A stretch of DNA of 64,000 nucleotides, from positions 64,001 to 128,000 of the IMG/VR virus record IMGVR_UViG_3300031134_000004. One strand, given 5' to 3'. The notes beneath the pieces were generated by a model that had not been told where the DNA came from, did no database searches, and worked only from the letters and a program-made list of their open reading frames with translations. Below, piece by piece: positions 1 through 10,614 of this stretch; within the stretch, counting starts at the first letter, position 1, and every line of letters starts with the position of its first letter. This stretch comes from a virus (Duplodnaviria; Caudoviricetes). The translations under genes were made by a program, and so were the position numbers.

Positions 1-2
1 CA

Positions 3-656
3 GAGACGGTTGAAGGCGTGATTCGTCGCGACTTGGGTTCGCACAGCGTGTCGGATGAAATGAAAAACAATTCGACATTAACGACAGTGGGTAAAGTCAT
101 TGAAGTTACGCTCATGGGTCGCACCATGACGCTGCGCGAATTGGCTGACCATCTCTCTGACGAGCGTAAAGAGTTGCGTGAGAAAACCATCACCAACCCG
201 ATCATGTTCGACAAGCTCTTCTCGACCATGCACAAGACGTACGAATCGCACACGATTGACACCATCATGCGTGAAGCTGGTTCGCTCATCGAGTGCCTGG
301 ATGCGGTGCGTACCCGTCTGGAAAAGATGAAGGGTGCTTCGCGTAATCTGTCAACCGATGGCGTGCCTGGCGCGCTGACGCAAGACGTGGGTGAGAAGAT
401 CCGTCAAACGCTGTCGAGCTTGCAAGAAGAAGTCATTGCTCTTAGCATGATTGCAGCAGAGATCACGCTCTTCTTCCGTACCTTGGAAACCTTGGCGAAC
501 CACGCCTTGGGCTTTGGTGTGGAAGTGGTGCGTAAATGCTCGCAACTCATGAAAGCGCAAAAGCAAGACATCCCTGATGGTTGGAAAGAAGTGCTGGAGG
601 AATTGAACGAACAGCACAAAGCCATCACTGCGGGTTACTTTAGCCTGAAACGTTAA
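3..656 (+). CDS. 5'-truncated hypothetical protein, probably virion-associated and helical
   Basis: The frame is open to the window edge (gag acg gtt gaa ggc gtg at 3-20), has phage-like codon usage and ends at TAA 654-656 before a hairpin. Confidence 0.75.
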   Translation, partial: ETVEGVIRRDLGSHSVSDEMKNNSTLTTVGKVIEVTLMGRTMTLRELADHLSDERKELREKTITNPIMFDKLFSTMHKTYESHTIDTIMREAGSLIECLDAVRTRLEKMKGASRNLSTDGVPGALTQDVGEKIRQTLSSLQEEVIALSMIAAEITLFFRTLETLANHALGFGVEVVRKCSQLMKAQKQDIPDGWKEVLEELNEQHKAITAGYFSLKR

Positions 657-661
657 ATCGA

Positions 662-702
662 CGTCATAGACCCCCGGCTCAAGTGGCCGGGGGCTTATGC
701 CG
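662..702. terminator. GC hairpin between convergent genes, flanked by CGTCATA/TATGCCG
   Basis: ccccggc-tcaagtg-gccgggg stem between the stops at 656 (+) and 706 (-). Confidence 0.7.
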
Positions 703-705
703 CTA

Positions 706-3609
706 TTAGGCGGTCATCGAATGGCGAATGATGTTGACAGTAACGTCTTCCTCGACAATCAAGCTATCGTCCGCTTGTGCTACGAGTCGCTTACGAATGC
801 TGCAGCGGTCCGATTCGTCAAGGACAGTTAAGGCAGGAATGAATTCATCCTCACCCATCGTCAAACGCATCGCCACCACATCGCTTCCGTACTGTGCACG
901 CAAACTAGCTTGGATCGAATCCAATGCCACCGTCGTGTTGTTCAACCCAGCGCTAATGCCAGCCACCGTTGTTTTACGCAGTTGCTCCACGAGTTCGAGG
1001 TTGTTGTACACAGCTGCTGGTACGTACAAGTCCACCCGGAACGATTGGGCAGCCTTGATCGTTTTGACCAGACCATCTTGCACCATGACGCGAATTGAAC
1101 CCAAGGTTGTCTTTGGATAGAAGTAGATGTTGGTCAGTTCGAGCAGTTCTTTCTCGATCCCAGCCAAATCGTTCGTCAACCAATTTACCACCGTGGCCGT
1201 CATCTCTGCGCGGTACTTCAGGGCTGTTGCATCCGTTGCAAATGCGTAAGCGCCTTCAATGAGCATGATGTCGATCTGACGAATCATCCCGCGTTCGTCT
1301 TCTACAACAGGTTGACCGTCACGCAAGACAACGTCGCCTTTACGGAACTTGTAGACGACTTCACCATCGGCGTAGTAGACAGGATCACCCTTAGCATGCA
1401 AGAGTTTTTGCACGAGCTTACCGTCGACGATCTTAATCGTTGCACCGTTGACGTCAGCTTCGTACACATCCTTTTCATACACGGCAGGCACATTGATTTC
1501 ATGGCGCTTGTAACCAACAGAGGAAATCACACTACGCGAACGTGCCCAGAGCGTCTCGAGTGCATAACCGAAACGAATGCGCAGCTTCTCATGCGAGATG
1601 CCAGCCACACGCAGCGGTAGCAAGAAGCGACCCAGTACCGTGTCGATAACGTTCGATTGCCACTGCACGTCCATGTACTTGCTACTCGAGTAGAGAATAT
1701 CGAATTCCGTCGTCAAGTCAGCACCCGTCAAACGCGGCTCCAGTGTGTAGAGGAAGAACTTCTCCAACTGCAGCTTGTGTTCTTTGGTGACGTTAAAGTT
1801 TGTCGACAAGTCAAACGTGTAGATACGTTCGTCATCTTCCGTACGTCCCACGAGCACGCCGTTCAGATATGCCCGCTCCTTTTCCCCTGCTGGGATGAAT
1901 GCCAACTGCACATGCACTTCGCTATCGTCGAGCATTTTGTACTCGTCGCCCGATTGCGTAATGACCGTGATACGGTAACCCCGTGCAACACGCTCGATCA
2001 TGTACGAACCAGTATTAACTTGCAAGAGCGTTGTGTCGTTTTCAGCCACGAACAGTTTCGTCTCAGCGATTGGATCATCCAGATAGTAAGGCCGCACAGC
2101 AAACTCTGCCCCACTGGCATCGAGTACGTAATGAAATGGCGTGAACAGATAGTTCCCGTTCGTCACTGCCGTGGCCCGCTTGTCAACCGACAAGTTCTTA
2201 AGGTAAGTAATGTCTTGGCTCGAGACCATTGACGTTACCCCATCGATCGTCCGGTACATCGTCTCTGGCGTGATCGTAACACTCGCACCATTGTTAATGA
2301 CCGTGTCGTGTTCGACTGCAGACTTCAAAGACACTGAAATCGTTTCAATCGATGCCGCTGCTGCCGTGATCAAGCGGGTGTCGCTTGGCGTTGGCATGGC
2401 GCGGGTGGCTTGGAATTCACGCCGGGTAATGTTGTCGATGTTCTTGACAACCGTGTAGCCATTACGTTCGAGCGTGGTTTCGATCTGGGTTGGGGTAATT
2501 GGCAGAGACGGCGAACCAATTGCATTTTTAATGACGCGTTCACGCAACTGTTCAAACGTCAGCGAGTTCGCACCACCTGTGATCGGGTTTTCTGCATACA
2601 CAGCAATCGAACGGAACGTTTTGATCGGTGCGTTGTACACATCCTTGTCGGTATTGTCGTACGACACCCACGTCGCTCCAAAAGCGGTAAATGGGTAATC
2701 CATTGGGATCAAGTTAATTGGTCCTTTGGTTTGGTAGACGTCAACCCGCACGGAACTACTGAGCAGATTGCTGCTCGTGTAGATTTGTGGGATCGTGACC
2801 GAGACGCTCTTACCCACTACTTTCAACACTGCCGTTGGCGTGGTGATGTCGTAGACTTGGTCAGTGTGTGTGGTGCGGATTTCTTTCCACGAACCGTCAG
2901 GGTTCTCCACATAGACACGGGTGTAGTAATACTGGTCTTCCAGTGTCAAGTCGATCTTGAAGTCTTGCGCTGCGGTGGTCGAACCGTACTGGCTTTCGAT
3001 ATCGAACTGCTGCACATCGACTTGGAAGTAAATCCAGTCACCATCCCCATTGCGACGAATCTCGTGGGCAATGACGTTACTGGCCAACGTTTGCAGAGGC
3101 GACGGTTGGTCCACATCGTACACCACTTGAATACCACCGTGCAGGAGCTGGCGAATTTCAATTGGGTACTGCATGCTGAAATTGATGTCAGCGATGGTAA
3201 AGAAGCTGTTGCGTGGCAGGGTCAGCTTACGAATACCGGTAGCAGGATCGAGTACCATCTTTTCGATTGTCTCGTCGTAAGGCAAAGCCAGCGAAAACTT
3301 CGTGCTCGATGGCGTAGCGAACCGGTTCACGAAGTCTTTGTCGGACATGTGGATGTACAAGTCCTCTGGCGTTTGCGCAGCGTACGGATACTGACGCCGG
3401 GTATTGGTTTCGTCCTTGATCATCGCCGCTGCCGTCAAGACGGCTGCAGACTCCAGACAAAAGACGAAGGGGTTCGTTGGGTCAACAATGTCCATGTCAC
3501 CCCCCAAGGCATTGCGCAGCGTTTGCAAGACAGCGCGCTGAATGGCCGTGGGATTGGTTTGGAAAGCAAGTACATTGTCAATGAGGTTGCTCACTGGGGT
3601 GTCGCTCAT
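706..3609 (-). CDS. phiKZ gp87-like virion protein, putative baseplate wedge subunit
   Basis: 967 aa with N-terminal DPTNPFVFCLE motif and baseplate-J-like GGANSLTFEQLRERVI. Size, inverted orientation and synteny match my recollection of phiKZ-like virion blocks. Confidence 0.7.
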   Translation of the reverse strand: MSDTPVSNLIDNVLAFQTNPTAIQRAVLQTLRNALGGDMDIVDPTNPFVFCLESAAVLTAAAMIKDETNTRRQYPYAAQTPEDLYIHMSDKDFVNRFATPSSTKFSLALPYDETIEKMVLDPATGIRKLTLPRNSFFTIADINFSMQYPIEIRQLLHGGIQVVYDVDQPSPLQTLASNVIAHEIRRNGDGDWIYFQVDVQQFDIESQYGSTTAAQDFKIDLTLEDQYYYTRVYVENPDGSWKEIRTTHTDQVYDITTPTAVLKVVGKSVSVTIPQIYTSSNLLSSSVRVDVYQTKGPINLIPMDYPFTAFGATWVSYDNTDKDVYNAPIKTFRSIAVYAENPITGGANSLTFEQLRERVIKNAIGSPSLPITPTQIETTLERNGYTVVKNIDNITRREFQATRAMPTPSDTRLITAAAASIETISVSLKSAVEHDTVINNGASVTITPETMYRTIDGVTSMVSSQDITYLKNLSVDKRATAVTNGNYLFTPFHYVLDASGAEFAVRPYYLDDPIAETKLFVAENDTTLLQVNTGSYMIERVARGYRITVITQSGDEYKMLDDSEVHVQLAFIPAGEKERAYLNGVLVGRTEDDERIYTFDLSTNFNVTKEHKLQLEKFFLYTLEPRLTGADLTTEFDILYSSSKYMDVQWQSNVIDTVLGRFLLPLRVAGISHEKLRIRFGYALETLWARSRSVISSVGYKRHEINVPAVYEKDVYEADVNGATIKIVDGKLVQKLLHAKGDPVYYADGEVVYKFRKGDVVLRDGQPVVEDERGMIRQIDIMLIEGAYAFATDATALKYRAEMTATVVNWLTNDLAGIEKELLELTNIYFYPKTTLGSIRVMVQDGLVKTIKAAQSFRVDLYVPAAVYNNLELVEQLRKTTVAGISAGLNNTTVALDSIQASLRAQYGSDVVAMRLTMGEDEFIPALTVLDESDRCSIRKRLVAQADDSLIVEEDVTVNIIRHSMTA

Positions 3610-3624
3610 GATGGTTCCGTGTAG

Positions 3625-4695
3625 TTATCGTTTCAAGGCAGGCAGGCGGTAGTTGTACTCTTCTTTACTGACCCACCACTCCAACTCATACGTCAGTGGA
3701 TTGATCCGTGGGTAGCCGCGCCCGTTAAAGAGTTCCAGTGCTTGGGCAGGCACCTTCTTGTAAAATTGTTGACGCTTGCCTTCAGCCAACGACGAATTGA
3801 ACATCTCACCGACGAAGTTAAATTCGTGAATCAAGATGTCGTCGTCGTACTCTACGCCAATGACGCGCAAGGGAATACTGATCTGGTCCGACATGGCGTT
3901 GTTGACAGGACGGTCCGATTCAAAGTTGTACTGCGCACCCTTAGGGATCGACAAACAAAACGCAGCAGCGCCTTTAGCAATGCCTTTGACAAACGTTTTG
4001 GTCGAATCCATCACCAAGCGATAAATGCCCGTTTGGTAATCGATTTCGTTTTGCACAATGAATTCTGGATACGGCACCATCAAACCTTGGGTGACGTAAG
4101 TCGAGTACAAACCCCAGACATAAAACAAGCCCATGATTGGGTTACCTGGGATGTTGCGGAAGTTGGCAGTTATATCGTATGTTCCCCAATTGTCCGCATT
4201 GCCGTCGACATGACTGTAAGCTTCCTTATACACACCTTCGGGTGACGTGAACGTTGGAATGTTCACATCAGGCCATCCACTCATCGAGAGTAGGTGGTTT
4301 GATAGGATAGGTATGAAGGCTTGCTGGTTGTCAACAAACGGACTTGCAATACCGACTGCTGCCAAATTAGGGTCAAGCGTACAGCGGATAATCCGTTGCA
4401 CACTGGCTGGTTCTAACGTAAGCAGCGAGGCGAACTTGCGAATCATGCGCACGTTTTCCGTGGTCATGTTGCAAAGCGGGCGCGTGAAAAACGTGTAACC
4501 GAAGTAATCTTTGTTAATCTGGATTGCATTGGGCGTTTGTCGATGGTTGATACCATAGAAGCTGTCGCCAATCGCGGTGCTCAAAGCACCCACAGGCGTT
4601 GCTTGAAAGATGTTATCGACAACCTGCGCTGCCGGCCCTAATTGGCTTTCTTGTAAAAGTTGGGCCACATTTTTTTGTTTAAACTCATCAGCCAT
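3625..4695 (-). CDS. phiKZ gp88-like virion structural protein
   Basis: Likely start MADEFKQ at 4695; the longer ORF overlaps the divergent gene. Motifs YGYTFFTRP and NEIDYQTGIYRLVMD; adjacent to the gp87-like gene. Confidence 0.6.
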   Translation of the reverse strand: MADEFKQKNVAQLLQESQLGPAAQVVDNIFQATPVGALSTAIGDSFYGINHRQTPNAIQINKDYFGYTFFTRPLCNMTTENVRMIRKFASLLTLEPASVQRIIRCTLDPNLAAVGIASPFVDNQQAFIPILSNHLLSMSGWPDVNIPTFTSPEGVYKEAYSHVDGNADNWGTYDITANFRNIPGNPIMGLFYVWGLYSTYVTQGLMVPYPEFIVQNEIDYQTGIYRLVMDSTKTFVKGIAKGAAAFCLSIPKGAQYNFESDRPVNNAMSDQISIPLRVIGVEYDDDILIHEFNFVGEMFNSSLAEGKRQQFYKKVPAQALELFNGRGYPRINPLTYELEWWVSKEEYNYRLPALKR

Positions 4696-4729
4696 CTGAA
4701 AAACCCTCTGTGATGAAAAAGGAATAGTA

Positions 4730-6154
4730 ATGTACAGCGAATTGAGCAATCTCGGGATTTCCGCGATCCGTCGAATCACCGATCTGTGGCGAGGTGCCAA
4801 GTCGGATTCCCTCATCGATTATACCCAAGTGGCACGCGTCGAACCGATCGTTCTGATCGACTCGGACTGCCTGTATCTCGACCTGCTGCCGGAAGTCCAG
4901 CAGTCACTCCTGTCGATCTTTGCTGGTTATTACCTGCAAGCGATCGCCATTTCCACGACCGTCGGTAAGATCGATGTGCGTCGCCATCTGGACCGCTTGA
5001 ATCCCAAGCGCAATCCAGTAGACTCGGCTGCCGACACTGCCGGCTACCTGCTGGCCCAAGAGTCCTACAAGTTCCGTCTGCCAAAGCCGATGAGCAACCT
5101 GGCCATGGAAGCGCTGCCGGAAGATGAACGCGACGACATGGAGCGCGAACGTCACGACTGGGCAGGTCAGCAAAACGACGCTCGCTGGGCAGACATTGCT
5201 TTAAAGCGTGCCCAGAACGAATCGGACCGCGAATACAAGTCCCGTCAAGAAGCGTTCCAGCGCGAGAAGTTCACGTTCGATCGTGAAAACATCGAAGCGA
5301 AGAACAAGGCTGACGGTGCCAAGGTTGAAGCCCAGGCGAAAGAAGTCCAGCGCACTTACAACCTGAACCGTGAAAAGTTCGGTCACGACAAAGCCATGCA
5401 AATGGCAATGCAGGATCTGCAAAAGCGCAACCTGCAACTGAGTACTGACAAGTTCGAGTACGAGAAGTCAACGTCGTCGATGGGCTTTGGCAAGGACACG
5501 ATGTCCACGCTCAAAGACCTGGCAAACCTGTCGGTCGGTAAGCAGTTTAGCGTTGAGATCACCGATGGCAATCATAGCGCGTCGATCCCTGTGTCGATCC
5601 GCCTGATGGCGTCTTCGCTGCCAACGGCGAACCTGGTTCATATCTTATCGCTCAACAGCGCCGATAACTCGGTCAAGGGCCGTTACCACAAGTACCGCGC
5701 CGGCCGTATCGAATTCATCAAGGACTTGGTGCTGTGCCAAGACCTGATCGATGCGCATCGCAAGAACCTGATGGCTGACAAGGACGGCATCTACTCGAAC
5801 CTCGTAAAGCGTTCGCGTAACAACGGCCTGGCCACCATCGTTTCGGGCAACCCATCGATCGCCACGGCGTCGAACCTCGTCATCATGTCGAGCGACACCG
5901 CAGCACGACTCGAACTGGAAATCAACGGCAAACTCGACGACTTCAAAACCCGCGAGAAGATCTTCAAGGAAACCTACCTGATGATCGTTGCCGTGATCGA
6001 CAAGCAGTGGGAACGCGTGACGTTCTACCACCGCGGCATCCACAGCCGTACTGAAGTTGGCATGCGCGATATCAAAGCGGCCAACAAAGGCAACGGTCCG
6101 GACGTGTCGGAAATCCTCAAAGCCTACCAAGTGGGCAATTCCCCATCGCTGTGA
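4730..6154 (+). CDS. phiKZ gp89-like inner head protein
   Basis: aaagga SD. Motifs SLIDYTQVARVEP and DLVLCQDLI; A-x-E sites (LAQE, LAME); central charged coiled-coil. Confidence 0.65.
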   Translation: MYSELSNLGISAIRRITDLWRGAKSDSLIDYTQVARVEPIVLIDSDCLYLDLLPEVQQSLLSIFAGYYLQAIAISTTVGKIDVRRHLDRLNPKRNPVDSAADTAGYLLAQESYKFRLPKPMSNLAMEALPEDERDDMERERHDWAGQQNDARWADIALKRAQNESDREYKSRQEAFQREKFTFDRENIEAKNKADGAKVEAQAKEVQRTYNLNREKFGHDKAMQMAMQDLQKRNLQLSTDKFEYEKSTSSMGFGKDTMSTLKDLANLSVGKQFSVEITDGNHSASIPVSIRLMASSLPTANLVHILSLNSADNSVKGRYHKYRAGRIEFIKDLVLCQDLIDAHRKNLMADKDGIYSNLVKRSRNNGLATIVSGNPSIATASNLVIMSSDTAARLELEINGKLDDFKTREKIFKETYLMIVAVIDKQWERVTFYHRGIHSRTEVGMRDIKAANKGNGPDVSEILKAYQVGNSPSL

Positions 6155-6209
6155 TCCACCGGCGCCTCCCTTCTTAATTAGAAGGGGGGTTCCCTACGAA
6201 GGCATTAAC

Positions 6210-7106
6210 ATGAAACTCCAACAATTTGTCGCATCCGTCCTGCCCTCGTTCGGTAAGGATCGCGTGATGGAAGACATCCGTCTGACGCGTACCGAGCTGA
6301 AAGACATCACCCTGCCAGCGTTCCATCAGGCAGCCGTGGCATTTAAAGGCCACAAGTTCAAGTCCAAAGCGCTTGCAGACCAGATCGCTACTTTTGGCCG
6401 TATGGTCAAGGGTGGTTCGGGCAACGTCATCGAGACCATCGAGAAGCAACTGCCGATCGCACTGAAGAACCTGGACGAAGTGGAAGACCTCATCGAGCGC
6501 GGCTTTAACGAAGAAGTCGCCGGTGCTGGCCTGACCTACATGAAGGCAAACCTCCTGCAATTCTCGGAATGCCTGCACTTCGTTTCGCGTTTCTCGCGCA
6601 AGTTCCTGCTCTACATCTTCGTGTGCGAAACCGCAGAATACGAAGAATCGGGCACGACCATCGCTGAGAGCATGACGCCAGCGGAGATTGAGTACATTCG
6701 CGTGAACTTCGTGAACTACTGCACCGCGTTTAACGCTGTGGTGAACCAACCACAAACCGTGCGTAAGCTGCTCGAAGATGTGCCAGACATTCTCATCACG
6801 AGCGAAAACGTGGCAAGCCTGTCCTCGACCCTGGGTGAGAAGAAACTGGACCCGCTCCAGATGAAGCTCATCCCGATCTGGCTCAATCCAATCTACCACG
6901 TCGGCATGTTCGTCGCCGAATGGCAAGCGGATCGCTACAAGGTCGCTAAGGAAGAGCTGCGTCTCATCCAACTGCGCAAACTCAATCTGGAAAAGATCAG
7001 CGCCGGCAAGCCCGATGCGCACGTCCAGAAAGAAATCACGTACCTGGAAAGCCGCGTGCAGACCATGAACTTCAAGATCGCTAAGATGGAGGCGAAGAAT
7101 GTCTAA
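6210..7106 (+). CDS. phiKZ gp90-like inner head protein
   Basis: Start MKLQQF at 6210. WLNPIYHVGM motif, C-terminal coiled coil, synteny with the gp89-like gene. Confidence 0.6.
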   Translation: MKLQQFVASVLPSFGKDRVMEDIRLTRTELKDITLPAFHQAAVAFKGHKFKSKALADQIATFGRMVKGGSGNVIETIEKQLPIALKNLDEVEDLIERGFNEEVAGAGLTYMKANLLQFSECLHFVSRFSRKFLLYIFVCETAEYEESGTTIAESMTPAEIEYIRVNFVNYCTAFNAVVNQPQTVRKLLEDVPDILITSENVASLSSTLGEKKLDPLQMKLIPIWLNPIYHVGMFVAEWQADRYKVAKEELRLIQLRKLNLEKISAGKPDAHVQKEITYLESRVQTMNFKIAKMEAKNV

Positions 7107-7707
7107 AGAAGCCACCACGCTTCGGCTGTATCCGCGTGGCTTCTTAGGCGCTGACATCAAGCCACAAGTTCAAAAGACGCCCAAGCCGTTCTCGGACAAT
7201 GTCCAGCGGCAGACGTACCACGTCGAGGACTTCAAGTCGGTCAACAAAGATCTGTTTGCTAACGCAACAGTGGAAGCATTGTATGCGAGCTACATCAAGC
7301 GTAGCGCCACCACGGGTGACTTCCTTTTCCGGGAAGCCATTCTGAGCGCTGTGTTTGCGGCCCTGGGCACCAAGAACTTTGAGTTCTGGTTCATGGCACA
7401 GTTCAAGTCGCCTGCTTGCGGCGATCTGCACAACCGCTTCCTGACTGACACCTTGCGCTTCATCGCTGAAGGCAACCGTGAGATGTCGCTGGAGACCTGG
7501 GCGAGCTTGCTGGTCATTACTGGCGAGAGCGATCCTGTTGGTCACATGAACGAATACGCCAAGAATTTCTTTGGTATGAATTCGAACATGTACGGTCAAG
7601 GTCGTCAAAACACGCAGCTGACTGACGTGGTCCAAAAGTGGTGCGAGCATCCAAACGGCATGGAAGACATGCTCGGTACGCTTCACCTGTTGTTCGGTAA
7701 TCCATAA
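7099..7707 (+). CDS. conserved phiKZ-like hypothetical protein (gp91 position)
   Basis: Overlaps the previous stop (translational coupling), 202 aa, synteny. Confidence 0.6.
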   Translation: MSKEATTLRLYPRGFLGADIKPQVQKTPKPFSDNVQRQTYHVEDFKSVNKDLFANATVEALYASYIKRSATTGDFLFREAILSAVFAALGTKNFEFWFMAQFKSPACGDLHNRFLTDTLRFIAEGNREMSLETWASLLVITGESDPVGHMNEYAKNFFGMNSNMYGQGRQNTQLTDVVQKWCEHPNGMEDMLGTLHLLFGNP

Positions 7708-7820
7708 GCCCCGCGTAAAAATACGAATAGTATAGTGGCTAGTTCTCACAAGTCAATAGAATCTAGTACCCCGCGGAAGTAGTACTCTTTTAAATCACCT
7801 ATTGCAATAGGAGCATCAAC

Positions 7821-9170
7821 ATGCGTCGCATGAACACCCAACGCCAGGGCCTCCTGGTCTCGCTGGAAAACGAAAACACCAACACCGACTCCGGTACTGC
7901 ATCGGAAAACGACGTCGAAGTCGCTGAAGCTGGTGCTGAACTGTCGGACGACGTCGCCGAGATCGTCGACTCCGTCGCTGAAGGCGATGCGGACACCGCA
8001 GAAGTCGAAGAAGCCACCGAAGTTGCTGAAGCCCTGGAATCGATCGCCGAAGCTGTCGGCGTCTGCGCCCAAAACGGCGGCCTGGATCGCCACGCTGCCC
8101 ACGCTATCGGCCTGGCCGTTGGCCACATGTACAACCGCGTCGGCCTGGAAGCCCAAGCGATGCCTGCTCTGGAATCGTTCGGTTCGTCGAGCCAGCGCAT
8201 TCCTTCGACCAGCCTGGCGATGGAAGACATCAAAGAACAAGCCGGCAAGATCTGGAACCACATCGTCGAAGCTGTCAAGCGCGCGATCAAGTGGGCCCAG
8301 GACTTCTACAACAAGCTGTTCGGCGCCGCTGAAAAGCTGAGCAAGCGTGCAAGCGCACTGCAAACCAAAGCCGAAGGCATCACCGGCGGCAAGGCCAAAG
8401 AAGCCTCGTTCGAAAACGAGAAGCTGGTCAAAGCCCTGCACGTGAACGGCAAAGTCCCAACCGCTCTGGGCGCTGCCCTGGGTAAAGTCGGCGCCATCGG
8501 CCGCGACTGCTTCGGCGAAGCCAGCGACTGGGCACTGAAAGTCGGTTCGGAAATCACCGCCGACATGGAAAAAGAAGGCGCTGAAAAGACGTTCCTGGAA
8601 TCGTTCGAACTGCCAGCTGGCGGCCTGATCGGTGCAGAAGTGTCGAACGCTGAAGGCGCGGGCTTCGCAGCTCCAGCTGACGGCCTGGTCATCTACCGTT
8701 CGGAAGAAATGCCAGGCGGCATGGCTGTGGCCGGCGCCGGCACCAAGAACGGCATGAAGGGCGAAGCAGCTGTCGACGCATTCCGCGGCGTGGGCCAGAA
8801 GGTCCAGCCGTTCGATCCGAAAGCCAAAGCACCGGCCGACAAGAAAGTCACCACCCTGACAACGCGCGACATGGTCGAGACCTGCAAGGCAGTCGCTACG
8901 CTGGCTGAAGAAATCAAGAAGTTCCGCGACGGCCAAGCCAAGCTGAACGAAATGAAGAAGAAGTTCCAGTCGGCTTCGGAAAAGCTGGCCAAGAAAGCCT
9001 CGAGCGGCGATGAAGGCCGCGACGGCCTGCGCGCCATGGCCAAGGTCGCTGGCAAACTGCCAAGCCTGGTGGACAATCCTGCAGCGTCGTTCTCGGCCTA
9101 CGCGATCAACACCTGCAAAGCAGCCCTGGACTACGTCGATGCATCGACCAAGCAATACGCGTCGGCCTAA
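7821..9170 (+). CDS. internal head protein, phiKZ gp93-family paralog
   Basis: aggag SD. Acidic propeptide with SLE/ALE/AME sites followed by IWNHIVEAVKRAIKW amphipathic helix; extreme codon bias. Confidence 0.75.
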   Translation: MRRMNTQRQGLLVSLENENTNTDSGTASENDVEVAEAGAELSDDVAEIVDSVAEGDADTAEVEEATEVAEALESIAEAVGVCAQNGGLDRHAAHAIGLAVGHMYNRVGLEAQAMPALESFGSSSQRIPSTSLAMEDIKEQAGKIWNHIVEAVKRAIKWAQDFYNKLFGAAEKLSKRASALQTKAEGITGGKAKEASFENEKLVKALHVNGKVPTALGAALGKVGAIGRDCFGEASDWALKVGSEITADMEKEGAEKTFLESFELPAGGLIGAEVSNAEGAGFAAPADGLVIYRSEEMPGGMAVAGAGTKNGMKGEAAVDAFRGVGQKVQPFDPKAKAPADKKVTTLTTRDMVETCKAVATLAEEIKKFRDGQAKLNEMKKKFQSASEKLAKKASSGDEGRDGLRAMAKVAGKLPSLVDNPAASFSAYAINTCKAALDYVDASTKQYASA

Positions 9171-9265
9171 TCGGTCAGCCGGGTAGTTACAAAGGGAGAG
9201 TCCGCTAAGGCGGGCTCTTCTTTTTGAACGCCTACAACACAATCGAACAGAAAGCAAACAACATC

Positions 9266-10594
9266 ATGCGTCGTCATTTCATCAACACCGTGGCCCTGGA
9301 AGGCTACCAAAACCAAGTCGCCCTGGAAAGCATTTCCATGGAAGAAGAGCAGGTCATGATCGACGAGGCCGCTGGCGCCGCTGTCGAAGCAGACCAAGAG
9401 CTGGCTGAAGCCGAGCGCATCATCGAAGTGTCGGACGCGCTGGAAGATCTGGCCATCATCGCCGACGGCATCGAAGAAGCATCGCCTGCTGAAACCCAAC
9501 TGGTCGAAATCGCTGGTGACATGGCTGTGGCCGGCACCGACGTCTCGCCAGAAGAAATCGTGCCTGCCATGGAATCGTTCCGCGGCGGCAAGATCGCTAC
9601 CGAAGGCATCCGCGAGACCGCCAAGAACATCTGGGAATCGATCCAGCGCTACCTGAAGCAAGTCTGGGAGAAGATCGAGAAGTTCTTCTACAACATCCTG
9701 GGCACCGTGCCACGCCTGCGCAAGTCGCTCGAAGCACTGGAACAGAAAGTGGAAGACACCGTCGGCAAGAAGGCCGAAGGCAACGTCACCATCAGCGCCG
9801 GCATCAGCAACATCTCGATCGCCTACTCGCCAGCCAAGAACGAAGGCGACCTGTCGAACTGCATCAGCGCCCTGACCGACGCTGCCAAGTGGACCTACGG
9901 CTCGCACGTCGACTCCGTCACCAAGCGCGGCGAATCGATCGCCAAGATCATCGGCGAATTCGACCCAGCCAAGTCGGCTGAAGCCGTCACCGCCATGCGC
10001 GACGCCCTGAAAGCCCACAAGGCTGACAAGGTTCCAGGTTCGGGCTCGGCTGACAACGGTCGCTTCCCAGGCTTCGGCACCTTCGTCGGTGCTCCGCTGC
10101 CAGGCAACAAGTCGATCGCGTACAAGTGGTTCGCTGACAACGGCGACGACACTTCGGACCTGGGTTCGCTGGATCGTTACCGCAACAGCCGCGTCGAACT
10201 GATCGACACCTCGGACAAAGCTCCAACCGGCGCCAAGAACGAAGTCGAGATCACCCCGGTGACCACCAACGGCGCCAAGAAGCTGATCAAGGAAATGCAA
10301 GCGCTGCTGACCGTGCTGGAAGACTACAAGCGTGGTCCAAAGTCGAAGGCCATCACCAAGACCCAGAAATCGATCGAAGACGCATCGTCCAAGGCCAACA
10401 AAGCCATGGGCACCGCAAAATCGGACGACGAAGGCTCGAAGGCTGCCGTGGCACCGTTCCGCGCCCTGCTGAACTTCAACGCGGCCTACGCACGCTGGGC
10501 ACAATCGCCAGCAGTGCCGCTGATGTCGCACAGCATCACCACGATCAAGACCGTCATGGTCGTGATCCAGAAGTCGATGGCTGCTCACAAGTAA
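9266..10594 (+). CDS. internal head protein, phiKZ gp93-family paralog
   Basis: Start MRRHF. Repeated ALE/SME/AME/ATE sites then IWESIQRYLKQVW helix; paralogous to 7821-9170. Confidence 0.75.
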   Translation: MRRHFINTVALEGYQNQVALESISMEEEQVMIDEAAGAAVEADQELAEAERIIEVSDALEDLAIIADGIEEASPAETQLVEIAGDMAVAGTDVSPEEIVPAMESFRGGKIATEGIRETAKNIWESIQRYLKQVWEKIEKFFYNILGTVPRLRKSLEALEQKVEDTVGKKAEGNVTISAGISNISIAYSPAKNEGDLSNCISALTDAAKWTYGSHVDSVTKRGESIAKIIGEFDPAKSAEAVTAMRDALKAHKADKVPGSGSADNGRFPGFGTFVGAPLPGNKSIAYKWFADNGDDTSDLGSLDRYRNSRVELIDTSDKAPTGAKNEVEITPVTTNGAKKLIKEMQALLTVLEDYKRGPKSKAITKTQKSIEDASSKANKAMGTAKSDDEGSKAAVAPFRALLNFNAAYARWAQSPAVPLMSHSITTIKTVMVVIQKSMAAHK

Positions 10595-10614
10595 TTGGGC
10601 GCCGCCGGCTTACC

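Noticed and set aside
7746-10588. Long antisense ORFs (503 and 473 aa) opposite the internal head genes, and similar ones at 2410-3624, 16420-18288, 32339-33385 and 38062-39507
   Set aside because: Same codon-bias artefact; each mirrors a well-supported gene on the other strand.
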